DNA from: a virus | Taxonomy: Duplodnaviria > Caudoviricetes | Strand: one strand, 5' to 3' | Length of the DNA: 64,000 bases | Virus record (IMG/VR): IMGVR_UViG_3300028833_000068 | Coordinates: 64,001-128,000 of that record | Part shown: in pieces, positions 56,280 to 64,000 of the stretch | Numbering within the stretch: the first letter of the stretch is position 1 | Layout: the number at the start of each line of letters is the position of its first letter | Program-made: the position numbers and the translations under genes | Notes under the pieces: model-generated | Database searches by the model: none | What the model was told of the DNA's origin: nothing | Seen by the model: the letters and a program-made list of their open reading frames with translations, nothing else

Positions 56280-58460
56280 TTAAATCTCACCAAAGTTTCC
56301 ATCAAACTTAACTTTTATGAAATGGTCTGGATTCTTGTCCTTTGACTCAAGAACTAAATTGAAGTCATTTTTTTCAACACTAGCCGACATCGTATATGCA
56401 CTGCTAGTATCTATGGTTAAACCACTAATCTCATCCTCCCTTTCTTTTGCTCTTTCTGTCTCAGCATCTATCTTTTCATCTAATGCTGTATCAGCAGAAA
56501 TTCTTTCTTCACGTTCAGTGTCAATTGCGCCACTTAAAGCCTCATCAACAGCTTCACGCTCTGCTCTCTCATCTTCAATTGCGCCACTTAGAATCTCATC
56601 ACCCTCAATTCTAGCCTCAGTTTCAGCACTAAGCATGTCTAATAATTCAGTAGTGGTACTTGATATAGCATCAATTGCATCCCAAATCTCAGTATCAGCA
56701 GATTCTCTAATCTGTCTCTCTTCTTCAAGAGCATCCTCAAGGTCTGTGATTGCACTAATGGTATATGCTGAAAGTTCATCAATTTCATATTGAAGGATGG
56801 TGTCTCCAGAAATACGAGCATCTCTTTCTTCATCAATTAATGGAATTACAATGTCAAGTATTCTCTCTGTGATTAAGTCATCAGTATTCTTAAGATATTT
56901 ATCACAATTTTCGACATATACTCTATACTCTAGATTCTTTTGTTTAGCATCTGGGTCAAAACATGGATTCTGAATAACAATGGTATCACCTTCATTCATC
57001 ACTTTCTTTTCCCAATATCTACCGTTGTATTCATTAATGAACATTTCAACTCTAGATTCAAGAATGTGCCCACCATTCACTAGTAATACCTCTGCATCCT
57101 TGCCTTCAGTTTCAAAACCCTTCTTGTCAGCAAAGTTTGTTGCAAGCCAAACTTGTCCACTCTCTGGCATTAATATTGCCTTATACAGCACGCCATCAAT
57201 ATATTCTGAATCACGATAATTAGAACCATCATAATCCTTCACAAGCCTTACACTATAATAAGGAGTTGGGCATTCAGCAACTTGCCATACACCACCCTTG
57301 TCATAGTCAAATACCTTAACATATGTATCTTGACCTTCAGCAATTTCAGTAGTTGTCCAAAAGAATGCTTGCTCAGTAATACCTTGATATTTTTGACCAT
57401 TCTTATAATAACCACTTCCAGCTGGAAGTACCTTCATTCCATACTTATCAACTCCCTTTGCATCTTCATTAATTGGATTCTCATTTGGAGTAACATCAGT
57501 GTTATCGAATATATAATCATCAGAATCATCACTAGCATTAGATGCTGTTGATGAACAAGTTCCAATATATGGTTTAGTACCACTACAAGTGCATTGCTCT
57601 TGTCCTACCCAACCACACTCTGACTTAAGATACTTACCAGCCACCTTACCAAGCTCAACATGACATTGTGCCGAATTGTGGTTTCTATATTCACAAGGTT
57701 CAATAGAATTCAATAGTTTATCCCAATCAGCCTTAGATGGAACACGCCAGTAATACTTTCTATCACTAACTTCCTTGCAAATTTCATTCACATCATATTC
57801 AAGGTCAAGAAGTTCTTGAATCTTCTTAACACCATTACCATTGTAAAGATATCCATAGTCATTCACCTTCTCCTTGGTCACATATCTAGTACCATTCTCA
57901 GCATCAGTTGGCAAAGTTCCACCATCAGTCAAGTCAATGACCTTTATGGCTGGAGCTAACATACCAGTTTTCTCAACTCCAGCAATACCAAGAGGAGATT
58001 TCATAGTACCCAATCCCCTTAATGTGTTGTCACTGATAACCTTTGTCAACACATCATTACCGATGACATCTATGAGGTTGTCTGCTGTGATGATGTTCTC
58101 AATTGTTGTTGATTTTTCACCATCGTCATCCTTGTAAGTAATAGTTAATGTAACACCATTTTTGTCGCCACATTCAGTAACGGTATTGAAATCATATGTG
58201 AAGTTTTTATCGATTGTTGTATCAATATCTACTTTAATCTCTTGACCATTATTTCTTGTAATGATAAGAGTACCATCTGACTTCGTACAGTCTTCACCCC
58301 TTACAAAAGTTGCAGCACTGATGTCATAATCCTTGAGAGTAAGGAAGTTACTGTCTATCTCCCCGATAGATAGTTTACAATTTTTTGTAATATCGATCGG
58401 TTTTCCATGCTCATCATAGTAATTAGAATTAACCTTATAGAAAAAAAGACTTTCTGCCAT
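56280..58460 (-). CDS. Fibre-associated protein with FISUMP (Fib_succ_major)-like domain and coiled coil
   Basis: YGYLY, WRVPSKADW, GKYLKS..GW, YG..VLPAG, FFWT, YSVRLVKD; E..ARI.AD repeats. Confidence 0.8.
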   Translation of the reverse strand: MAESLFFYKVNSNYYDEHGKPIDITKNCKLSIGEIDSNFLTLKDYDISAATFVRGEDCTKSDGTLIITRNNGQEIKVDIDTTIDKNFTYDFNTVTECGDKNGVTLTITYKDDDGEKSTTIENIITADNLIDVIGNDVLTKVISDNTLRGLGTMKSPLGIAGVEKTGMLAPAIKVIDLTDGGTLPTDAENGTRYVTKEKVNDYGYLYNGNGVKKIQELLDLEYDVNEICKEVSDRKYYWRVPSKADWDKLLNSIEPCEYRNHNSAQCHVELGKVAGKYLKSECGWVGQEQCTCSGTKPYIGTCSSTASNASDDSDDYIFDNTDVTPNENPINEDAKGVDKYGMKVLPAGSGYYKNGQKYQGITEQAFFWTTTEIAEGQDTYVKVFDYDKGGVWQVAECPTPYYSVRLVKDYDGSNYRDSEYIDGVLYKAILMPESGQVWLATNFADKKGFETEGKDAEVLLVNGGHILESRVEMFINEYNGRYWEKKVMNEGDTIVIQNPCFDPDAKQKNLEYRVYVENCDKYLKNTDDLITERILDIVIPLIDEERDARISGDTILQYEIDELSAYTISAITDLEDALEEERQIRESADTEIWDAIDAISSTTTELLDMLSAETEARIEGDEILSGAIEDERAEREAVDEALSGAIDTEREERISADTALDEKIDAETERAKEREDEISGLTIDTSSAYTMSASVEKNDFNLVLESKDKNPDHFIKVKFDGNFGEI

Positions 58461-58578
58461 ATTTTTTTATTATTTTTTATTTTATTATTTTCTTTAAAAA
58501 TAAATATCAAAAACTTTCAGATATAATCTATTTATTGGTGATATATTATTATAAATCCTACAAATTTTTGAAAAAAAT

Positions 58579-58905
58579 ATGAGACACCCAAAAGGATATT
58601 GGAAAAATAGGGAAAATATGATGGCTGAAGCCAAGAAATATTTAACCAAAGATGAGTTTAAAAAAGGAAACCTTACGGCATTCTTAATGTCGTATAAATA
58701 TGGTTTCATAGACGAAATGCACTGGCTAGTCAAACAGAAACAACACAAGAACGGATATTGGACTTACAAACATATTGAGGAAGAGGCATTGAAGTATAAT
58801 ACCAAGACAGAATTCTTCAAGGGAAATCAAACAGCATATAGAGCAGCATTAAAACTAGGAATAATAGATGATTTCTTCATGCTTAATGACTACATACAAA
58901 ACTAA
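58579..58905 (+). CDS. Two-repeat helical protein resembling the DNA-binding repeats of phage homing endonucleases
   Basis: GYW....EA.KY.TK.EF.KGN.TA......G.ID repeated twice. Confidence 0.65.
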   Translation: MRHPKGYWKNRENMMAEAKKYLTKDEFKKGNLTAFLMSYKYGFIDEMHWLVKQKQHKNGYWTYKHIEEEALKYNTKTEFFKGNQTAYRAALKLGIIDDFFMLNDYIQN

Positions 58906-58943
58906 AAAAGAGCAACCATTATTGATTACTCTTTTTTCTATTG

Positions 58944-59600
58944 TTATTCCCATCCTTTTCCTTTGGTATACTTAGATTTTCCACTATAATAATCATGCAT
59001 ATCATTTGCCATTGAGATTTTTATTTTATCATGAAACAATTTATTGTTACTTATTTTATTTATTAAGAAATTTAATATTTTTTGGTTTATTTTTGAATCA
59101 TCTAAATTTGGAAATTTATTCACAAACTTATCATAAAGTTCATACTCTTCATCAAAATCACGGTCACTAGACCAAGAACGCTCATTGTTTGATAATTTAA
59201 TCTCAATCCTTTTTAAATACTTATGCAAAGGATATATATCCAAGTTATACAATCTTTCTTCTGCTTCACCTTTTCCATCAAAAGCAAAAGGCTGTAATCT
59301 TGCACCACGCAAATTCTGAATCATATCGCCATCAAACACGAAACAAACTGAACTTCCTTTACTTTGTATGTTATAATTTTTATCTCTTGTAAATGAAATA
59401 CATGGTTTGCTAGATATATCTTCTTCACTAGAAGGGACATTAGCTCTCAAACAATCATCATCAACAATCCAAGATGCTTGTATAAGGCTAGTATAATGAT
59501 ATAGTTCTCCATGATAGTTTTCATTTATATTTTGTCTTAAATAACTATCTATCGTTTCCCTAATAATCGATTTAACTCTATTTTGATTTATTCTTCTCAT
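58944..59600 (-). CDS. Leader-bearing ADP-ribosyltransferase-fold-like protein
   Basis: SIIRETIDSYLRQNINE, then LYHYT...ISFTRD...EAEER. Confidence 0.55.
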   Translation of the reverse strand: MRRINQNRVKSIIRETIDSYLRQNINENYHGELYHYTSLIQASWIVDDDCLRANVPSSEEDISSKPCISFTRDKNYNIQSKGSSVCFVFDGDMIQNLRGARLQPFAFDGKGEAEERLYNLDIYPLHKYLKRIEIKLSNNERSWSSDRDFDEEYELYDKFVNKFPNLDDSKINQKILNFLINKISNNKLFHDKIKISMANDMHDYYSGKSKYTKGKGWE

Positions 59601-61563
59601 ACTTATAATTATGTTCAATTATCATTTGTTCCATGAAGCAATTATATATCTTGAATGAAGAAAGGTATCCAATAAATGTTCCTGCAAAATATTTTTCAAG
59701 TGGGTATACCCTTGTTGGATTCAGCATATAATTTCTTTGTATTGTTTCAGCAAGACCTTGCGTACCGCCACCAATGGATATGTTATACGGTACTCCCTCT
59801 TGTTTCTCATAGAGTTCATTCAATGCCTTTAAATTAATCATTGGGAGGTCTTTTGTTATATATACTAGTTTACCATTAACATAAAAGAAAAGTTTCATTT
59901 TACCAAATACATTTGTCATCCTAACATTAACTGTACACCATTCACAACTTGGTATTACATTTTCGAATGAATATCCTTCAATGATATTTGTCTTATCCCT
60001 TCCTTCCTTCTCACAATCCATTACAAGCATCCTATAACCTATTTCACCCTTATCTGTTATTCTAAAGGCTAAGGCATTGTTATATAGGTCGTTATATGGG
60101 TTATAATCATTTGCTGATTGGTCTCTTAAGGCATCAATATTGGATATGGTATATCCAGTCTTGGTACGATTCATCAAGATGAAGAGATTGCCTTTGAATT
60201 GGCTCTTGCGTCCCATATACATAAACTGAGTTCCTTCAACCCAATTGGAAACTGTCTTACCTGTCTTGGTTCTATCGAAGAACAAGAACTTATTATCAGT
60301 ATAAAAATAATATTGGTTTGCTTCAGATAACTTAAAGCCATCATTGGTTTGATATTCGAAATCAGATATATCTAACTCAGGTTCAATATAATCCCTTGCT
60401 TCATCCAAACCCATTACTTCACCATTGTCGAATATATAATCGTCACCAAATTCATCGCATCCATTTAATTCATTTCCATTATAATTTGGATTTTTCTTTT
60501 TCTTATACGATATTGGACATCCACATCCGTGAAAGAATGGAATTAATATGAATTCATTATCTTCATCACCCCCATTTTCACCGCAACACCAAGTAAGCGT
60601 TTTATAAGGTAAATCTGAATCACAAGGTATTACCTTTGGCTTTCTATTTGATTCTATATCAAGATAATCTGACATGTCATCCCAATCACATTCATCTCTT
60701 TCAAATAAATCAATATCATAATATCTATAGTTGGTATAATCTCCCAATTCAAATGGGTCACATCCATCAAAATCAGGATTTGGATTATAAAAGTTTCCAA
60801 TAATATAATCTTTCTTATCTATTTCTCCACCTTCAACATAATCATCAACACCCAATTCATAACACTCCTCAAGTCCATCTACATCGTCTTTGTCATACAT
60901 ATAAATCCACTTGTTTTCTGCCCTCGTTCCAATGTAGAAGAATATACCTTTATTCTGAGGATATTTATCATTCAATGTCTTATTTGATTCCTTATCTAAG
61001 TCACATCTTTTTAATGTGAATTCAAGATTCAATGTGTCTCCATGTTCAAATGACGTTGGTAATACTTGATACTTATCGCACTCAGTCTTGAAAAAGCCTT
61101 GAAAAAAACCCCCATTAAGTTTCACAGAGCCGTTTTCTATATGAAGTGGGTAGTCATACTGCAAGGTATTTCCAGACACAGCATGGAGCTTTAAACGAGT
61201 GTCATTTTCAACAATTTCAAACTTGTTCTTTTGAAATAATTCGAAGAAGTCTTTATTTGAAATTCTATCCTTACGGAATGTAAATAAACCATTATCCACC
61301 CCAGTATATGTTATATTATATAATGTATAACCCAAAGATATGGATTTATCCCAAGTATAACCACTTTTACTATATATCCAATTATTACTGTCAAAACAAT
61401 CTTCATCTGACAAATCTATATATGATATTAAACAATCATCATATAACCCATCCTTTATTCTGAATGAGCCATAAGAGTCTTTATTCACATAAAAATCCCA
61501 ATATTCATCTCTATTAATCCTTAATTTAAGATTATGATAGTTGTTTACCTTTAAATTTGCCAT
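59578..61563 (-). CDS. Large probable virion protein (LamG/concanavalin-like C-terminus)
   Basis: FFYVNGKLV, ISIGGG, FIGYLSSFKIYN; upstream of fibre genes. Confidence 0.65.
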   Translation of the reverse strand: MANLKVNNYHNLKLRINRDEYWDFYVNKDSYGSFRIKDGLYDDCLISYIDLSDEDCFDSNNWIYSKSGYTWDKSISLGYTLYNITYTGVDNGLFTFRKDRISNKDFFELFQKNKFEIVENDTRLKLHAVSGNTLQYDYPLHIENGSVKLNGGFFQGFFKTECDKYQVLPTSFEHGDTLNLEFTLKRCDLDKESNKTLNDKYPQNKGIFFYIGTRAENKWIYMYDKDDVDGLEECYELGVDDYVEGGEIDKKDYIIGNFYNPNPDFDGCDPFELGDYTNYRYYDIDLFERDECDWDDMSDYLDIESNRKPKVIPCDSDLPYKTLTWCCGENGGDEDNEFILIPFFHGCGCPISYKKKKNPNYNGNELNGCDEFGDDYIFDNGEVMGLDEARDYIEPELDISDFEYQTNDGFKLSEANQYYFYTDNKFLFFDRTKTGKTVSNWVEGTQFMYMGRKSQFKGNLFILMNRTKTGYTISNIDALRDQSANDYNPYNDLYNNALAFRITDKGEIGYRMLVMDCEKEGRDKTNIIEGYSFENVIPSCEWCTVNVRMTNVFGKMKLFFYVNGKLVYITKDLPMINLKALNELYEKQEGVPYNISIGGGTQGLAETIQRNYMLNPTRVYPLEKYFAGTFIGYLSSFKIYNCFMEQMIIEHNYKYEKNKSK

Positions 61564-61588
61564 TATATAATGTAATTAATTCTCTTTA

Positions 61589-61600
61589 ATAAATATTTAT
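61589..61600. promoter_or_regulatory. Palindromic bidirectional TATTTAT motif between divergent genes
   Basis: ATAAATATTTAT is a perfect palindrome about 21-25 nt from both start codons. Confidence 0.55.
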
Positions 61601-61621
61601 ATGAAATAAAAGAAGATACTT

Positions 61622-61870
61622 ATGAAAGTAATTAATTTAAATGAATCTCAGTTTGGAAGATTGTTTGAAGGTGTAACTGACGCAGACTTTGGAACAAGTT
61701 CAGTTCCAGAATTTGATAGTAAAGACCAAGTTGAACTTCAACCAACAATTACAGATAAAGGTGGTAGTCCTAAAAAGGCTAATCCAATAGACAGCAATGA
61801 GTTTGCTGATGAAATGTGCCCACAAGGATGGGGATTCATTGGCGGTAAAAATGCTTCAAGACCAGTTTAA
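61622..61870 (+). CDS. Leader-bearing small protein
   Basis: MKVINLNESQFGRLFE. Confidence 0.7.
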   Translation: MKVINLNESQFGRLFEGVTDADFGTSSVPEFDSKDQVELQPTITDKGGSPKKANPIDSNEFADEMCPQGWGFIGGKNASRPV

Positions 61871-61873
61871 ACT

Positions 61874-62392
61874 ATGTCATTAATAATAGAAGATTCACAG
61901 AAAGTGACACAAAGGAAAATTCCAGTTCCTAAGAATGCTCAACAAGTTTTTAGTGCATTATATAATGCGCTAGAACCAACTATGGGTAAAAATAACCTCA
62001 AGAACCTTAAAAACCTTGCAACTGATAAGACTTATAATAAAAAAGGTGAGGAAACAAAGAAAAATGGTAAAGAACAAGGTGTTAACTATGTGAATATTGA
62101 TGTTGCAAAAATGAGAAAAAGCAGATGGCCAAATGACCCATTACAACAAATGGCACAAGGTGGACAACTTGCTTATGATTTATATGACAAGGGCATTGAA
62201 AAGGCAAGAAGACAAGAAGAAATTCCTCCAGTAGAGCCACCAAAGCCTACAAGCGATGCTGACGTTAAACCAAGCGATGTGAAGGTAAAACAAATAGAAC
62301 TTCCTAGCGGAACTATCTCATATAATGAGAATAAAGAGATTGGTAAAAAAATATACATAACTGAAAAACAAGTTATTAAATTGAAAAAATGA
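61874..62392 (+). CDS. Hypothetical protein with leader-like motif at the C-terminus
   Basis: Ends KKIYITEKQVIKLKK. Confidence 0.7.
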   Translation: MSLIIEDSQKVTQRKIPVPKNAQQVFSALYNALEPTMGKNNLKNLKNLATDKTYNKKGEETKKNGKEQGVNYVNIDVAKMRKSRWPNDPLQQMAQGGQLAYDLYDKGIEKARRQEEIPPVEPPKPTSDADVKPSDVKVKQIELPSGTISYNENKEIGKKIYITEKQVIKLKK

Positions 62393-62643
62393 ATACAGTC
62401 GAAAATACATATAATAAAATAGGTAATACCATTGATTATATATTTGGTGGAGGAACTAAAGAACAAGGCGGAAACCTCGCAAGCGCAGATGGAAAACCAA
62501 CAACACTAGAAATGTATGGAATGAAAGCAAGACAATACCATTTAATGAGAAATGAATGGAAAAAAGACTTGCAATATACAAAACCATTAATAGAATCAGA
62601 ATATATGGTTCAAACTGAATTTAAAATAAACGGTGGAAAATAA
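62389..62643 (+). CDS. Hypothetical protein
   Basis: ATGA overlap with upstream gene. Confidence 0.6.
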   Translation: MNTVENTYNKIGNTIDYIFGGGTKEQGGNLASADGKPTTLEMYGMKARQYHLMRNEWKKDLQYTKPLIESEYMVQTEFKINGGK

Positions 62644-62695
62644 TAAAAGAACTATTTATAATAGAATAATAAAATATTAAATTTTATATAAGATT

Positions 62696-63115
62696 ATGGG
62701 AAAACAGACATGTTTAGAGAAAGCAGGAATCAATGAACGTCATAACGAAATTGTACGTTCAGATTATAATATCGAAGACCAGTATTCAAGTGCTCATAAA
62801 GATGCTATTTCTGACGATGAAGCTCAAGGCAAAGGACATCCTACTATAAAAGGTCACACACACTGGCTACCAAACTGTAATGGAACTGCAAGTAATATGA
62901 TTAAATATGACAACTTTGCAACAAGCCCAAGTGACCAGATAGGCGGTTTATATGACCGTAAGGGCAGAGCTGGAATTCCTGGACGTGAGGAACAAATGGC
63001 ACGTTCAATTTACAATTATGAAGAGTCTTATGGCCCTACTTCAGTTGATACCACAGCCAATGTGAATGACGGTCAGTACTTCGTGGGTCAGCAGATTGGC
63101 CAAGAAAACGCTTAA
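62696..63115 (+). CDS. Hypothetical protein
   Basis: 139 aa; TATTTATA at 62653-62660. Confidence 0.7.
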   Translation: MGKQTCLEKAGINERHNEIVRSDYNIEDQYSSAHKDAISDDEAQGKGHPTIKGHTHWLPNCNGTASNMIKYDNFATSPSDQIGGLYDRKGRAGIPGREEQMARSIYNYEESYGPTSVDTTANVNDGQYFVGQQIGQENA

Positions 63116-63254
63116 AAAATTTGGAATTCTCCAGATTTTCTATATCTTTGCATAAATCTTTTATATTATACAAACTACAAAAATATTGAAGAAGACAATA
63201 TAAAAACTTTTAAAGATAAAGAGAAATTAATAAAAAGTATAATTACATAATGTT

Positions 63255-63536
63255 ATGGGATTTTACGACAGCAATAGATTAGCAAATTTGGCAAGAAACA
63301 TACTATTTGGTATGGATGTTGTCAGTAAAAGATGTGACAAAATTTATGAGTCTGCAAAAGATAAGAAGCTTGAAGATGTTAATTTTGACATGAGTGAAGA
63401 GGCGAAGAGAAGGGCAATTAATGAAAATAAGAGGTTCTTCTCAGACCAAAATGTTCAAAGAAGATTAAAGCTACTTCAAGATATTATAGTTGATGATACA
63501 CACCTTAATAAATTAAGAGCATTATACGGACAATAA
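63255..63536 (+). CDS. Hypothetical protein
   Basis: 93 aa; host-type promoter at 63143-63152. Confidence 0.65.
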   Translation: MGFYDSNRLANLARNILFGMDVVSKRCDKIYESAKDKKLEDVNFDMSEEAKRRAINENKRFFSDQNVQRRLKLLQDIIVDDTHLNKLRALYGQ

Positions 63537-63538
63537 TA

Positions 63539-64000
63539 ATGAAGAAAATACTTTTACGAGATAGAATAAAACCTTTCTTGAACGAAGAAATCGATAGTGA
63601 TAGCGTATTACAATCGATTCGCAATAAGAATAAAGTTAGGATACGCTATGATGATGGTATGGAGGACAATGGCGGTAACTCCAAGGGTAGCCGTGTCATC
63701 ATGCCTATGGCTATTGGTACAACTAAGAAAGGGTATCCAGTAGTAAGAGCATGGCAAGAAGGTGGTGGCTCTCGTAGAGGTATACCAAAGTGGAAATTCT
63801 TCAGATTAGATCGTATTACATCTTGGCAACCATTAAGGAATAAAAAGTTCTTCCAAGCCCCAGATGGCTATAACCCAAATGGGGATAAAACAATGGGAAC
63901 ATTTGTTGATAATGCAAAGTTTAATGATTTTATTAGCCCATTAGAGAGGGAGAAAATGCGTTATCAAAATGATGTTAAGTTTGGCCAGCAAAAGAACAAC
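63539..64000 (+). CDS. WYL-like domain protein (partial, runs off the window)
   Basis: Manual translation MKKILLRDRIKPFLNEE...VRIRY...RVIMPMAIG...VRAWQ...WKFFRLDRITSW. Confidence 0.75.
   Translation, partial: MKKILLRDRIKPFLNEEIDSDSVLQSIRNKNKVRIRYDDGMEDNGGNSKGSRVIMPMAIGTTKKGYPVVRAWQEGGGSRRGIPKWKFFRLDRITSWQPLRNKKFFQAPDGYNPNGDKTMGTFVDNAKFNDFISPLEREKMRYQNDVKFGQQKNN

Noticed and set aside
47599-58460. Diversity-generating retroelement
   Set aside because: No reverse transcriptase and no TR/VR pair with adenine-specific mismatches visible; the repeats are in-frame protein repeats
1-64000. Stop-codon recoding (TAG to Gln, as in Lak phages)
   Set aside because: Core genes are intact in code 11; nrdG, SLOG, rmlC and SbcC end at TAG at their expected C-termini; no suppressor tRNA seen

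Overview
This AT-rich, densely coding window comes from a large (jumbo/huge-type) tailed dsDNA phage. Most genes are on the minus strand up to about 61.6 kb and on the plus strand after that. About 15 Bacteroidota-type TAnnTTTG promoters and a Bacteroides/Prevotella-like rmlC point to a Bacteroidota host. The standard code applies: several genes end in TAG. Recognisable content includes: (1) an anaerobic ribonucleotide reductase module (nrdD, HNH-AP2 endonuclease, ferredoxin-thioredoxin-reductase-like gene, nrdG); (2) replication and recombination genes (DnaB-like helicase, 5'-3' exonuclease, primase, SbcC/gp46, RuvC-like) plus a sigma70-like factor and ClpP; (3) virion and lysis genes (gp13-like neck, S74 tail fibre, FISUMP fibre, LRR protein, holin-like, amidase); (4) three tRNAs, two of them atypical; (5) several free-standing endonucleases. 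The most striking unexplained pattern is a portable N-terminal leader (MKKIIRLTESDLHxIVxExVxxILxE and variants) on many unrelated proteins. These include an ADP-ribosyltransferase-like protein, a Gp88-like protein and a WYL protein, and many are preceded by a shared TATTTAT(A/T) motif. I infer a capsid-cargo addressing and processing system. A second pattern is a repeated terminator-hairpin/promoter module that heads accessory gene cassettes. All family calls are from motif recognition by eye; no database search was run.
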